DNA of 64,000 nt from Thermoplasmatota archaeon (GCA_041601615.1 JBFIHX010000001.1:371997-435996); one strand, 5' to 3'; positions 39,600-50,000 are shown, numbered from the stretch's first letter. Notes: generated by a model not told the origin, from the letters alone. Translations and numbers: made by a program.

Positions 39600-39977
39600 A
39601 TGGTAGCTTCGATCGACGAGATGTTTCAGGTCATCCAGTCGAACCCGTTCATCGACGGCATCGGCTACTTCGTGGAGATCACCACCCAGAAGGAAGTCCC
39701 CCAAGCGGGCTTAGAAACGCTCACCGAGAAGATGCAGCAGAATTTCTGCGACCACTCCCAAGCGACTCTTGAGGGCGAAAACGTCCTAGGGCTGGATTTC
39801 CACGAGCACATCCTGACCCAAGGCGAGGACGCCGACTACTTCATGCAGGCCTTGGAAGGAATGCTGCGCGAAGTGGAGATGCTGTACGGCATCGAACACT
39901 TGTGCATGGAGTTCCAATTCGATTTCAGCCGCGCCAAGGCTGCCCGCGTCCAAATCGACGAATTGCTACAGCCGTAG
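39600..39977 (+). CDS. Hypothetical acidic protein (125 aa)
   Basis: Genome-typical codon usage from ATG 39600; the upstream extension overlaps the tRNA and is spurious. Confidence 0.7.
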   Translation: MVASIDEMFQVIQSNPFIDGIGYFVEITTQKEVPQAGLETLTEKMQQNFCDHSQATLEGENVLGLDFHEHILTQGEDADYFMQALEGMLREVEMLYGIEHLCMEFQFDFSRAKAARVQIDELLQP

Positions 39978-40048
39978 ACCGCTCGGCCCTTTATCGGCAA
40001 CTTGCCCCGACGGCTGGGCCTGGCCTCCTGGGACCGGACCTGCTCGGA

Positions 40049-40375
40049 TTAGTTGAACAAACCAACCAGAAACTGCACGCCGATCCATAGGATCCAGGCC
40101 ACGAAACCAATCCCCGCGCCCGCAAGCCAGCGCGCACGGTAGACAAGCGCCGCAACGAGCGCCCACGCAGCAAGCGCCAGGAGACTGCCGAGCCAGCCAA
40201 ATCCGGCGCCAAGCAACACGAGGCCCGCCAACAAGTTGCCAAGGAAAGCCACGACAATCGCTTGCAAGTAGCGGCCGTGCCCGGTGACAATCTTGGCAGC
40301 CACATGCACAAACAGCGCGGTGATCAAAAGCGAGATGACGCCGCCGATGAGCGCGTCGGAAATTTGGAACTCCAT
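40049..40375 (-). CDS. Small membrane protein (3-4 TM)
   Basis: Hydrophobic 108-aa ORF. Confidence 0.7.
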   Translation of the reverse strand: MEFQISDALIGGVISLLITALFVHVAAKIVTGHGRYLQAIVVAFLGNLLAGLVLLGAGFGWLGSLLALAAWALVAALVYRARWLAGAGIGFVAWILWIGVQFLVGLFN

Positions 40376-40481
40376 GCACTAGGTTCTATCTTCGTGAGGG
40401 ATGAAACTTCCGAGTCGAACCAGACGCACACGCACGGCTCGTGTGGGAACCGTCTTCTCCCGCCAGCGCTGAAGCCCCTTC

Positions 40482-42299
40482 GTGGACTCCCTGCGCGACC
40501 GCGTCGCCCGTCTGCCCCGCTCTCCGGGGGTCTACCAGTGGCTCGGCGCCGACGGCGGCGTATTGTACGTGGGCAAAGCGAAGGACTTGCGATCGCGCAC
40601 GATGCAGTACATCCAGGACGGCGCGCACAAACCCGAGATGATGGAGCACGCCCGCGACATCGCCTTCATTGCCGTCCGCACGAACAAGGAAGCGCTTCTG
40701 CTGGAGCAGACACTCATCAAGCGCCACAAACCGCGCTACAACGTTCGCCTCACAGACGACAAGCAGTATCCATACCTCAAACTCACCTCCGGCCCCTGGC
40801 CGCGCCTTCTCAAGACGCACCGACGCCTCGACGATGGCGCCACCTACTTTGGCCCCTTCCCTGACGGCTATGGCGCATACCATGTCCTGCATGTGCTGAA
40901 CGACTTGTTTCCGTTGCGCCGCTGCAAGACCGTGCCGACCCAGAAGTGCCTCTACTACGACATCGGCAAGTGCATCGCGCCCTGCATCGACGCCTGCACC
41001 CCCGACGAATACGCCACCGTCGTTGCCGAAATCAAGGACGTTCTGAAAGGCCGCAGCAAAAATCTCCTGCGTCGCGTCAAAGCCGACATGGAAACAGCCG
41101 CCGCGAGCCATCGCTTCGAGGACGCAGCCAGGCTTCGCGACCAACTGCGCGGACTCGAAGGAGTGCTCGAAAAGCAACACATGGTCCAAGACCGCCTCCA
41201 GGACCGCGACGTTGCCGCCATCGAAGCACGCGGAGATCTCGGTGTCGTCAGTCTCCTGCACCAGCGCGACGGCAAAATCGTCGGCCAAAGCCTGTTCACC
41301 GTCCACGTTGCCGACGAAACGCCCGAAGAAGCGCTCGCCGATTTCCTGCGCGGACACTACACGGACCGCCCTGTGCCGCGCCATGTGGCTGCACTGCTTG
41401 CCGAATCCGAAGGGCCCGTCCTTGAAATGGACTTGCGCACCCTCGCCGGCCACGCCGTGACGGTGGAAGTTCCTCAGCGCGGTGAGAAAATGCGTTGGCT
41501 AGACGTAGCAGGCACCAACGCTCGTCTGCGCCTCGAAGAAGAAAGCCTGCGCCGCCAGCGACGTGGCATGGGCGCCGTGGAAGCACTGCAAGCGGCCCTA
41601 GGCCTCGCGGAACTCCCCCGCGTCATCGAAGGATTCGACGTCAGCCACCAGGCCGGCCACCACACCCGTGCTGCGATGGTCCGTTTCGTGGATGGCGAGC
41701 CCGACAAGAAGGGCTACCGCACGTTTGGAATGAAATCGGTGGGAGAGGACGCCATCGCCAAGGGCCAGACCGTGCGCAAGTACGGCGCGGGCCGGGAAGT
41801 GGACGACTTTGCCAGCATGGAAGAAGCTGTCAGTCGCCGCTTCCGTGGCCTCGTGGAGCGCGAGGAGCCCTTCCCGGATCTGGTGCTCATCGACGGCGGA
41901 CCCGGACAACTCGGAGCAGCAAGGCGGGCCATGGCAGAGCAAGGAGCCGCGCACGTGGCCGTGTGCAGCCTCGCCAAGCAAGACGAAGAAGTGTTCTTGC
42001 CGAAGCGATTGCACCCAGTGAAGCTACGGCGGGACGACATTGGATTGCAATTGCTTCAGAGGGTACGCGACGAATCGCACCGCTTCGGCATCACCCAGGT
42101 GCGCAAGAAGGCCGTCGCAAGCGTCGTGTCTGGGCCACTGGATGAGGTCAAGGGCATCGGGCCGAAGCGCCGGGCGGAGTTGATCAAGGCGTTTGGAGGA
42201 TTGGAAGGGCTGAGGGCGGCGAGTGTGGAGGATTTGGCGAAGTTTCCGGGAATAAGCGAGGCACTGGCTAGGCGCGTTGTTGCGGTGTTAAATTCATAG
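40482..42299 (+). CDS. uvrC: Excinuclease ABC subunit C
   Basis: GIY-YIG (PGVY, YVGKAKDLR), UVR domain, IEGFDVSH, LIDGGPGQL, RDESHRF, HhH. Confidence 0.96.
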   Translation: MDSLRDRVARLPRSPGVYQWLGADGGVLYVGKAKDLRSRTMQYIQDGAHKPEMMEHARDIAFIAVRTNKEALLLEQTLIKRHKPRYNVRLTDDKQYPYLKLTSGPWPRLLKTHRRLDDGATYFGPFPDGYGAYHVLHVLNDLFPLRRCKTVPTQKCLYYDIGKCIAPCIDACTPDEYATVVAEIKDVLKGRSKNLLRRVKADMETAAASHRFEDAARLRDQLRGLEGVLEKQHMVQDRLQDRDVAAIEARGDLGVVSLLHQRDGKIVGQSLFTVHVADETPEEALADFLRGHYTDRPVPRHVAALLAESEGPVLEMDLRTLAGHAVTVEVPQRGEKMRWLDVAGTNARLRLEEESLRRQRRGMGAVEALQAALGLAELPRVIEGFDVSHQAGHHTRAAMVRFVDGEPDKKGYRTFGMKSVGEDAIAKGQTVRKYGAGREVDDFASMEEAVSRRFRGLVEREEPFPDLVLIDGGPGQLGAARRAMAEQGAAHVAVCSLAKQDEEVFLPKRLHPVKLRRDDIGLQLLQRVRDESHRFGITQVRKKAVASVVSGPLDEVKGIGPKRRAELIKAFGGLEGLRAASVEDLAKFPGISEALARRVVAVLNS

Positions 42300-42389
42300 T
42301 GGTGGTAGAGCGCGTGGTAAGTTGCCTAAACCAAATATCAAATTGCAGCAGAGTGTTTTTTATAGCTAGATTGTAGTTAAGAAATATCG

Positions 42390-42959
42390 GTGGCTCGAAC
42401 TATGGATCCAGAATTTAAAAAGCTTCAATCAATTCAAATAAAACAGGCATATGAATTCGGGAGCATTCTTACCAAAGAATCTGACCGAGGTTGTGCTTTA
42501 TTCGCAGCTGCCTTTCTTGATCAAGCATTATTAGAATACCTGACTAATCGACTTGTTGCTAGTAAGGGAAAAACTCGAGATAGCTTTTACAATGGGACGG
42601 GCCCGCTTGCTACATTTTCAGCTAGAATAAACATGGCTTATTTTCTCGGGGGCATCTCAGCCCCCACAAAATCTGATCTCAACATAATCCGTAAAATAAG
42701 GAATGAATTTGCTCATTCAGTAGAAGTAAATTCCTTTAATGAGAAAACAATTGCAGATAAATGCAAATCTCTGAAACGTTCATATCACGAATCTGATGTG
42801 GAGCCGCGTATGCATTTTACAGCGGCATCATATGGATTATTGGGAGCAATTAATGGAGCTACATTGATGACTAAAAATGAAAATGAGAAACCATGTGATG
42901 CACCAACGAAGGAAACTAAGAAAGAGTTTAAGAAAATTTTTCATCCCGATTCTGAATGA
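42390..42959 (+). CDS. MltR/MtlR-like (HEPN-fold) protein in an AT-rich cassette
   Basis: ESDRGCALFAAAFLD, GPLATFSARINMAY and IRKIRNEFAH motifs. Confidence 0.75.
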   Translation: MARTMDPEFKKLQSIQIKQAYEFGSILTKESDRGCALFAAAFLDQALLEYLTNRLVASKGKTRDSFYNGTGPLATFSARINMAYFLGGISAPTKSDLNIIRKIRNEFAHSVEVNSFNEKTIADKCKSLKRSYHESDVEPRMHFTAASYGLLGAINGATLMTKNENEKPCDAPTKETKKEFKKIFHPDSE

Positions 42960-43148
42960 ATTTACTGATTTTACCAGTTAAAATTTTAATAATGAACTTT
43001 CTAGGGCAAATATTTTATAATTATATAATACTTGGACATTAATTATGATCTATTAACAATTTTGAATTTTTGTTCCCAAGGTTTGCTTGTTTGGCAAACT
43101 TGATCTATGATATTTCCTGATAATAGAAAAATACCACAAAAAATCTTT

Positions 43149-43937
43149 TTAAACTTTGGTTTCCACATCCAAAAACCGATGCTCCACCCCAAATCGCTCC
43201 TTGACCCATGCCCCAAGCGCCTGCACTCCGCCGCGCTCCGTCAGGTAATGCCCGCCGGCAACGAAGTGAATCCCCGCCTCCTTGGCCAAGTGATAGACCC
43301 CTTCCGTCGCTTCGCCCGTGACGTAGGCGTCGAGCCCCATGTCGATGGCGTCCTGGACCTGGTAGGGGGCGGCGCCGCTGACGAAGCCGATGGATTCGAT
43401 CTCCTGCTTGCCGAAGGGCCAGACTTGGAACGGGCCGGTGTCGACATTGCTGCCGGCGCGTAGGTTTTGCTCGAATCCATTGACCCAGGCACCAAACGCG
43501 GTGGGCCGCTCCAGCAGACCGACGGTGCCGATGGTGGGGCCCTTGTACGCGAAGGCGGGCTCGAAGTCGGTGCAGCCGGCGGCGCGTGCCAGTTCTGCGT
43601 TGTTGCCAAGCGTCGGGTGTGCGTCCAATGGCAAGTGGTAGGTGATGAGATTGAGATCCGCTGCGAGCATGCGGGCGAGTCGGTCGCGTCGCACCCCTTG
43701 GACGTGCAGAGGTTGGTTCTTCCACAAGAGGCCGTGGTGGGTGAGCAGGGCGTCGGCGCCCCACGCAATCGCGGCGTCGATGCTTTCGCGGCTGACGCTG
43801 ACGGCGGTCGCCACGCGGTGAATCTCTTGCTTGCCTTCGATTTGCAGGCCGTTGTGTTGGCCGTCGCTGAATTCGCCAGCACGCAGTTCCGCGTCGAGGG
43901 CGGCCACCAGATCCCGCGTCAAGGCCGGCGGAGTCAT
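43149..43937 (-). CDS. Nif3-like dinuclear metal-centre protein
   Basis: NGLQIEG, LTHHGLLW, YHLPLDAHPTLGNN and GHYLTE motifs; start ATG 43937. Confidence 0.92.
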   Translation of the reverse strand: MTPPALTRDLVAALDAELRAGEFSDGQHNGLQIEGKQEIHRVATAVSVSRESIDAAIAWGADALLTHHGLLWKNQPLHVQGVRRDRLARMLAADLNLITYHLPLDAHPTLGNNAELARAAGCTDFEPAFAYKGPTIGTVGLLERPTAFGAWVNGFEQNLRAGSNVDTGPFQVWPFGKQEIESIGFVSGAAPYQVQDAIDMGLDAYVTGEATEGVYHLAKEAGIHFVAGGHYLTERGGVQALGAWVKERFGVEHRFLDVETKV

Positions 43938-45565
43938 TCGAGGCTCAACTCGAAGGCAACGGTGGCGGCTCCGAGGCCGAATTTGATGATGGTGTCCGGG
44001 TGCAGTTCGCCAAAGTGGCCGATGCGTTGGCCGTCCACCATGATCGCTCCGGCGCGGCCTTCGATGTAGCCGGCGGGAGTCGCGGGTTCGAGCGTTGCTT
44101 CGATGCCGAGGTCCGACACGAACGCCTCCACGAGCGCTTTGATGTTGCTGAATCCGGTCTTGGCGGCTTGCTCCACGGCGGCGACGTGCAAGCGGTTGCG
44201 CCAGGCGCCCTCGTCGTCTTCGAGCACCACTTGGCCGACTTCGAAGATGCGTTGCGGCAGGGGCCGGTGGCGGTTGGCGGCCAGCACTTGCAGGAGGCTC
44301 GGCACCAGTTTCTGACGAAGCACCGTGCGGTCTTCGAGGACCGGATTGCGCACGGTCACGGCGGCGGCGACTGGTTCTCCCCAGTGCGTCCATTGCTCAT
44401 CGGAGCCGCTCAAGGTAAGGGTGCGCGCTTCGGACCAGCCCTGTCCAAGCAATGCGGTGCGGGCGCGGGCTTCGGTTTCTTGGGCCGGCAGCGGCTTGCC
44501 CCAGGTCAGATTACCTGGTTGTTCGCCCTCGAAGTTTTCGAATCCGTGCCCGATGGCAACATCTTCCATGAGATCCACGGCGTGCAGGATGTCGAAGCGC
44601 CAGGCAGGCGTGCGCACGAGGATGGTGTTGTCGTAGGGTTCCGCTTCGTGGCCCATGCGGGCAAGGCTTTCGGCGATTTCATCGGCCGATAGGTCCTTGC
44701 CAAGCATCCGAACGACCGCTTCCGTGTCCAACTTTCGCTCGCTGGGCTTCAAATTGGGGCTTGTCCAGGTGCCGCTTGCGTCGTGGATTGTCACGGCTTC
44801 GATGGTGCCGCCGCGTTCGGCAAATCCGGTGGCAAGGAGTGCGATGGTGCGCTTGACGCTGGCTTCGTCGGTGCCCGTGACGTCGAGCAGGAGGTCCGTG
44901 GTTGCGGAGGTGACGGTGGTTTTGGCGGCGTTGATGACGGGAGGCAGGCTCAGGACCTCGCCGGAGCCGTCCAGAAACACCGGAAATTGGCCGGGAGGCA
45001 ACAAGTGTGCATATTCCTGGCCCTTCGGGTGCTGCTCCATGATTTCGGCAGGCGTCAACACACCCTCCCATGCCAGGGGTTCGAACGGCTTATCGTCGCC
45101 GCCAACGCAGGTGTAGGTGAATGGGCCAGAGACACCGCTTGCGTCATGAATGCCGATGGCGATTTTGCGGCGCTTGCGTCCCGGAGCCAGGGTTAGTTTT
45201 TCCTGGGCATCGATGACGAGTTGCACGTAGTTGTCGTCGAAGGGCACACCGCGAACGAAGCACAAGGCCGCGAAGGGGCGGACGGCGGCGACACTTGGAT
45301 CCACGCGCAGTTCGGTCTTCGCGGGCAGCACTTTGTACTGGGGAAGGCCCGTCTCGACACCCCAGAACGCCCGCAGCGCCCGACCCGTGCCTTCGAGGGT
45401 CAGAAGGTCTGGTCGATCCGGGAACCATTCGATGGTGATCGCTTCGCCATCCACTTTGTCCAAGTCGCCGCCGATCATCGGCATGCGGCGGGTCAATTCG
45501 TCCATGGGAACGTCCGTGCGCATGAGACGCAGGAGGTCGGGACGCTGGAAGGTGACGACGGGCAC
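43934..45565 (-). CDS. pheT: Phenylalanine--tRNA ligase beta subunit (archaeal type)
   Basis: PDRPDLL, RRKIAIGIHD, SLPPVIN, RFDILHAVDLMEDVAIGHGF and GELHP motifs. Confidence 0.95.
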   Translation of the reverse strand: MPVVTFQRPDLLRLMRTDVPMDELTRRMPMIGGDLDKVDGEAITIEWFPDRPDLLTLEGTGRALRAFWGVETGLPQYKVLPAKTELRVDPSVAAVRPFAALCFVRGVPFDDNYVQLVIDAQEKLTLAPGRKRRKIAIGIHDASGVSGPFTYTCVGGDDKPFEPLAWEGVLTPAEIMEQHPKGQEYAHLLPPGQFPVFLDGSGEVLSLPPVINAAKTTVTSATTDLLLDVTGTDEASVKRTIALLATGFAERGGTIEAVTIHDASGTWTSPNLKPSERKLDTEAVVRMLGKDLSADEIAESLARMGHEAEPYDNTILVRTPAWRFDILHAVDLMEDVAIGHGFENFEGEQPGNLTWGKPLPAQETEARARTALLGQGWSEARTLTLSGSDEQWTHWGEPVAAAVTVRNPVLEDRTVLRQKLVPSLLQVLAANRHRPLPQRIFEVGQVVLEDDEGAWRNRLHVAAVEQAAKTGFSNIKALVEAFVSDLGIEATLEPATPAGYIEGRAGAIMVDGQRIGHFGELHPDTIIKFGLGAATVAFELSLE

Positions 45566-45668
45566 GAAGCCCCTCGATGCCGAAGGGGTTCAAAGGGGCG
45601 GCGGAGCGTTCCTGGATGAACCGGAACCACCACGCCACGATTTTCAAGGCGGAACCGTCTGCACTCGG

Positions 45669-45920
45669 ATGCTTCGCATTCTGACCCTGCTCATGCTCGC
45701 GCTTGTCGCAACCGCCCTCGCCCCCGGCGCTGCCTCAGCATCCCTCGAAGAATCTGCCATGGTGGGCTGGTGTGAGGGCCTCGTGGATGTGAACTGCGTC
45801 TACTGCGCGTACGACTCCGACCCAAGGCATGGAGTGCCGTACTACTACTGCACCACAGGGACCCCCGGCACCGACCGCCACCTCTGCGACGTATGGGCCG
45901 CCAACACATGCCTGGTCTGA
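45669..45920 (+). CDS. Secreted Cys-rich miniprotein (83 aa)
   Basis: Signal peptide ending ASA; six Cys; paralog of 46044-46283. Confidence 0.75.
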   Translation: MLRILTLLMLALVATALAPGAASASLEESAMVGWCEGLVDVNCVYCAYDSDPRHGVPYYYCTTGTPGTDRHLCDVWAANTCLV

Positions 45921-46043
45921 ACAGGTCCCAACTGGACCAATCACCCCCCGTAGGCGACCAACCAAGCACTTTGCCTCGAGAGTCCCGTTCGATACTTGGG
46001 AACCAGTCCAGAATCCCTATCGTTCCGGCACCAATGCCGCGGC

Positions 46044-46283
46044 ATGCTCCGCATCACCGCAGCGATTCTGCTTTTGTCCATCGCCACCGCATCCTTTGCC
46101 CCCACCGCATCCGCATGGATTGACCCCATTACGGACTGCGAGACATTCGTAGACGCCCGCTGCATGTACTGTGCCGAGCCCGAGGGAACCTACGCAGACC
46201 CCAATTCTTGCAATGAGATACAGCCTGCCAACGAATGGACGTTCTGCATGGTCTTCGTCGGACGCTCTTGCATCGTGCATTGA
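46044..46283 (+). CDS. Secreted Cys-rich miniprotein (79 aa)
   Basis: Signal peptide ending ASA; same Cys framework as the upstream paralog. Confidence 0.75.
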   Translation: MLRITAAILLLSIATASFAPTASAWIDPITDCETFVDARCMYCAEPEGTYADPNSCNEIQPANEWTFCMVFVGRSCIVH

Positions 46284-46369
46284 TTCGGTGCCCGCAGCTG
46301 CCGCGTCGCGTGAGATCACCAAAGAAACCCATCGGCGGCGTTCAAGAGCACCTTGGGAGTGCCACGCCC

Positions 46370-47620
46370 GTGCCCTCCTGGTCCGGCTTCCACCGGCTCC
46401 CGCTTGAACAGCGCCTTGCTCGCCTTGCAGTCCACGCCCGACTCACCGACAAGGAGCTTGAAACCCTGCATGCGGCCTTAAGCCTCGATACCGCCGACGG
46501 CTTGATCGAGAACGCTGCGGGCACCTATGCGGTTCCGGTGGGTCTTGCGGTCGGTTTTGTCGTGGACGGCGAGGACGTGGTGGTGCCGATGGCCATCGAG
46601 GAATCGAGCGTGGTGGCGGCAGCGTGCAATGGCGCGAAGCTTGCGGCCGCGGGCGGCGGCATTGAAACGGAGGCCACAGACCCTGTGACCATTGGCCAAA
46701 TTGAAGTGCGCGACGTTCCCGACTTGGATGCTGCCATGGAAGCGGTTGCGGCCCATGCTTCGACGTGGATGGACAGCCTGAACGCCGGCATTCCCCGTAT
46801 GATTGAGCGCGGCGGCGGCGTCGTGGGCGTGCTGGCCCGACCCCTTGGCGGCGGCCGACTGGTGGTGCATTTGCATGTGGATTGTCGTGACGCCATGGGT
46901 GCAAACCTCGTGAATTCCTTGTGCGAGCAGATCTCCGAGCGCGTTGTCGCGGCTACGGGCGGCACCGTGGGTTTGCGCATTCTTTCAAATCTTGCCACCC
47001 AGCGGCTTGCCACGGCTCGCTTTCGGATTCCGGTCGCGGCAGTCGGAGGCTTGGAAGTCGCCGAGGGTATTGTGGCGGCCAATGAGTTTGCCGTCGTGGA
47101 CCCGTACCGCGCCGCGACGCACAACAAGGGCATCATGAACGGCATCGATCCGATTGTGCTTGCCACCGGGAATGACTGGCGCGCAGTCGAGGCGGGAGCA
47201 CACGCATATGCCGCGACTCAGGACGGTCCATACCGGGCGCTCACGGACTACCACATCGAGGAAGGGCACCTAATTGGAGAGCTAACCATGCCCATGAGCC
47301 TCGGCACCGTCGGCGGCGTCACGGCGTTGCACCCAACGGCCCGAACGTGCCTGAAAATCCTCGGCAACCCTGGAGCAACACGGCTTGCGCGCATCGTGGT
47401 CGCCGTGGGGCTGGCACAGAATCTTTCAGCGCTGCGGGCTTTGTCCACGGAGGGCATCCAGCGCGGCCACATGGGGCTTCATGCGCGCAACCTCGCCATG
47501 CAAGCGGGCCTCACCGGCACCGAAGCCATGGAAGCGGCCTCTCGCATGGTCCAAGAGGGAGACGTTTCGACAACACGCGCACGCGCCCTCGCCTCTGCTT
47601 ATAAGCAAAACACGGATTGA
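46370..47620 (+). CDS. mvaA: Class II hydroxymethylglutaryl-CoA reductase
   Basis: IEN, PMAIEESSVVAA, DAMGAN, RAATHNKG, GNDWRA and GIQRGHM motifs; start placed at GTG 46370. Confidence 0.93.
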   Translation: MPSWSGFHRLPLEQRLARLAVHARLTDKELETLHAALSLDTADGLIENAAGTYAVPVGLAVGFVVDGEDVVVPMAIEESSVVAAACNGAKLAAAGGGIETEATDPVTIGQIEVRDVPDLDAAMEAVAAHASTWMDSLNAGIPRMIERGGGVVGVLARPLGGGRLVVHLHVDCRDAMGANLVNSLCEQISERVVAATGGTVGLRILSNLATQRLATARFRIPVAAVGGLEVAEGIVAANEFAVVDPYRAATHNKGIMNGIDPIVLATGNDWRAVEAGAHAYAATQDGPYRALTDYHIEEGHLIGELTMPMSLGTVGGVTALHPTARTCLKILGNPGATRLARIVVAVGLAQNLSALRALSTEGIQRGHMGLHARNLAMQAGLTGTEAMEAASRMVQEGDVSTTRARALASAYKQNTD

Positions 47621-47641
47621 ACCCAAACGATTAATCTCTCG

Positions 47642-48007
47642 GTGCATCGATTGGTGGTTGTGAGTCGACTTGTAGACATGCTCCGGGAACGGATGCGCAT
47701 GCTCAAGGACGACGCCATGGCGGTGTCCAAAGTCGTAGAGGAGGCATTCCTCGGAGCCAGCGAGCTCGACGACGATCGCTTGGACCCCCATCTTCGGCAA
47801 GTGTTCTACGACTTGCAAGACGAGGACATCCTCAAAGTGCGCCGTCAGGAATACACCAAGGACGGCCGCTTGCTTCGTGGCTACTTCTGGAGCGTTTCGG
47901 AAGCCGAGCGCGGACTGACGCCGATTCAGCGACCGCCCCAGGACCCCATGGCGGACTTGTACAGCGAGTTGCGCGATGGCGCCTGGGAACGTCGCCGACC
48001 CCAGTAA
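47642..48007 (+). CDS. Hypothetical wHTH-like protein, resembles DUF6015
   Basis: DDRLDPHLRQVFYDLQDEDIL...DGRLLRGYFW pattern; family call from memory. Confidence 0.6.
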   Translation: MHRLVVVSRLVDMLRERMRMLKDDAMAVSKVVEEAFLGASELDDDRLDPHLRQVFYDLQDEDILKVRRQEYTKDGRLLRGYFWSVSEAERGLTPIQRPPQDPMADLYSELRDGAWERRRPQ

Positions 48008-48027
48008 ACGAAGGTCCGATCTCGTAG

Positions 48028-48357
48028 CTAGGTGGGGCCGCCGGGTCCGCGTCTCTGTCGGGCAAACTCCTTGATTTCTCGCGCCGCCTTGGCCCTTGTT
48101 TTCCGCTTTTGCGCATCGTGGCGGGCGCCGCGAATCAGCGATCTCCAAGCAAATACCGTGAGCCCGACGCTGAACAGGCTTGCGAGCACAAAAAATACGA
48201 TTTGCGCAGGGTCGCGGACGTTCTCGAAAGTAGGCACGGGACTGTCGGCCGGCGGGGTGTAGCCGCTGAGCACGAGGAGCGTGTACGGCACCGTTACGAG
48301 GCTCGCGATGAGCCCGAAGACAGTGATTCCGACAAACACGCGGCTGGGAACCCCCAC
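48028..48357 (-). CDS. Hypothetical 2-TM protein
   Basis: Two hydrophobic segments and a basic tail. Confidence 0.55.
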   Translation of the reverse strand: MGVPSRVFVGITVFGLIASLVTVPYTLLVLSGYTPPADSPVPTFENVRDPAQIVFFVLASLFSVGLTVFAWRSLIRGARHDAQKRKTRAKAAREIKEFARQRRGPGGPT

Positions 48358-48410
48358 AACAGCGACTCCCGACCGGCGTGCTCAAGGGTTTCGGTCGGTT
48401 CGCGGGGCCT

Positions 48411-49790
48411 ATGGGACGAATGTTTGGGACCAATGGCGTCCGCGGCATCGTAGGCGAAACCATGACGCCAGAACTGGCGCTGCGACTGGGCCAAGCAGTT
48501 GGTACGTGGCTAGAGCCAGGTAATCGCCTATGCGTTGGCACGGACGCGAGGCGAAGCGCCGATTTGTTGAAAGCGGCGTTTGTGGCGGGCGTGCAGAGCA
48601 CGGGCGTGGACACGGTGGATCTCGGGGTCTGCCCTAGCCCCGGCATCCAGCTCTATGCCCGAGACAAGGGTTTCTCGGCTGGCGCGATCATCACCGCCAG
48701 CCACAATCCTCCCGTCTACAACGGCATCAAGCTCATTGCCCCGGACGGAACCGAGACGAGCGCGGACGAAGAGGCGGCCGTGGAAGCGTTGTACTTTGGC
48801 GATTCCCTGCGATCGGCAGATTGGAAGTCCGTCGGCCACAGCCTGCCTGCCGAGGACGCCGTTTCGTACTATGTGGACGCGGTCCTGCGACAAGTGGACA
48901 CCGAAGCGATCCGCAAGGCCAGCCTCAAGGTCGTCCTGGACCCAGGCGGGGGCGCAGGTTGCGTTGCTGCCCCCCGCCTCATGAAGGCCCTCGGGGTCCA
49001 ATTTTTGCCGCTGAGTTGCGAATTGGACGGAGCCTTCAGCGACCGCCCAAGCGAACCGTCGCCCGAAAACAGCGCCGCCTGCATCCAGGCCGTCAAGGAC
49101 TCCGGAGCGGACCTGGGCATCCTCCAGGACGGCGACGCAGACCGCGCCGTGTTCATCACCGAAGGAGGCGACTATGTTTGGGGTGATACTGCATTGGCGC
49201 TTGGTGCCAAGTACGAATTGGCGCGCCACCCCAAGGGCAGCGTCGTCTGCACCGCTGTGAGCAGCAGCAGTTGCGTCCGCGACACCGTGGAGGCGGCAGG
49301 CGGACGACTTGAATGGACCGTGGTCGGCTCGCCCATCGTTGCTCGCGAAATGCTGCGACAATCAGCCGTCTACGGCGGCGAGGACAACGGCGGACTGATG
49401 TTCACCCGCCACCAAGTCTGCCGCGACGGCTTGATGGCCATGGCGTTTATGCTCGAACTCATCGCCACCACCGGCAAGCCGTTCTCGGCGCTCGTGGCGG
49501 AAATTCCTCGCTATGCGCTGGTCAAACAGAAGCTGGCGGTGCCGGAGGCGTCCAAGGTGGAAGTGCTGGCTCGATTCAAGGAAGCAGCCACCAACATCGA
49601 AGGCGTGCTGGAAGTGGACGCCCGCGACGGCGTCAAAGCATACCTGAACGAAGGATGGGTCCTCGTCCGGCCCTCGGGCACAGAGCCGATTTTCAGGGTC
49701 CAAGCGGAAGCAGCAGACGCCGCCGCGGCGGAGGCGTTGGCCTCCAGGTTCCGCGCCGTATTGGAAGCGTCCCTCACAACAATCGCGTGA
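48411..49790 (+). CDS. glmM: Phosphoglucosamine mutase / phosphohexomutase
   Basis: FGTNGVRG, TASHNP, DGDADR and RPSGTEP motifs. Confidence 0.9.
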   Translation: MGRMFGTNGVRGIVGETMTPELALRLGQAVGTWLEPGNRLCVGTDARRSADLLKAAFVAGVQSTGVDTVDLGVCPSPGIQLYARDKGFSAGAIITASHNPPVYNGIKLIAPDGTETSADEEAAVEALYFGDSLRSADWKSVGHSLPAEDAVSYYVDAVLRQVDTEAIRKASLKVVLDPGGGAGCVAAPRLMKALGVQFLPLSCELDGAFSDRPSEPSPENSAACIQAVKDSGADLGILQDGDADRAVFITEGGDYVWGDTALALGAKYELARHPKGSVVCTAVSSSSCVRDTVEAAGGRLEWTVVGSPIVAREMLRQSAVYGGEDNGGLMFTRHQVCRDGLMAMAFMLELIATTGKPFSALVAEIPRYALVKQKLAVPEASKVEVLARFKEAATNIEGVLEVDARDGVKAYLNEGWVLVRPSGTEPIFRVQAEAADAAAAEALASRFRAVLEASLTTIA

Positions 49791-50000
49791 TTTCGCCCCG
49801 GATCGTCGGCCATCGGCCGGCGGTCCCTCTGGGGTAATCCGAGGGCGTGAAACGCCCTAGGCGGGGGACGGGAGCCGATTTTCAGGGTCCAAGCGGAAGC
49901 AGCAGACGCGGCGACGGCGGAGGCGTTGGCCTCCAGGTTCCGCGCCGTATTGGAAGCGTCCCTCACAACAATCGCGTAATTTCGCCCCGGATCGTCGGCC
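49683..50000 (+). repeat. 129-bp direct repeat of the glmM 3' end (49683-49811 and 49872-50000)
   Basis: Manual alignment gives 4 mismatches and a 60-nt spacer. Confidence 0.95.

Noticed and set aside
49683-50000. Diversity-generating retroelement VR/TR pair
   Set aside because: Two of the four mismatches are C/G rather than at adenines, and there is no reverse transcriptase in the window.
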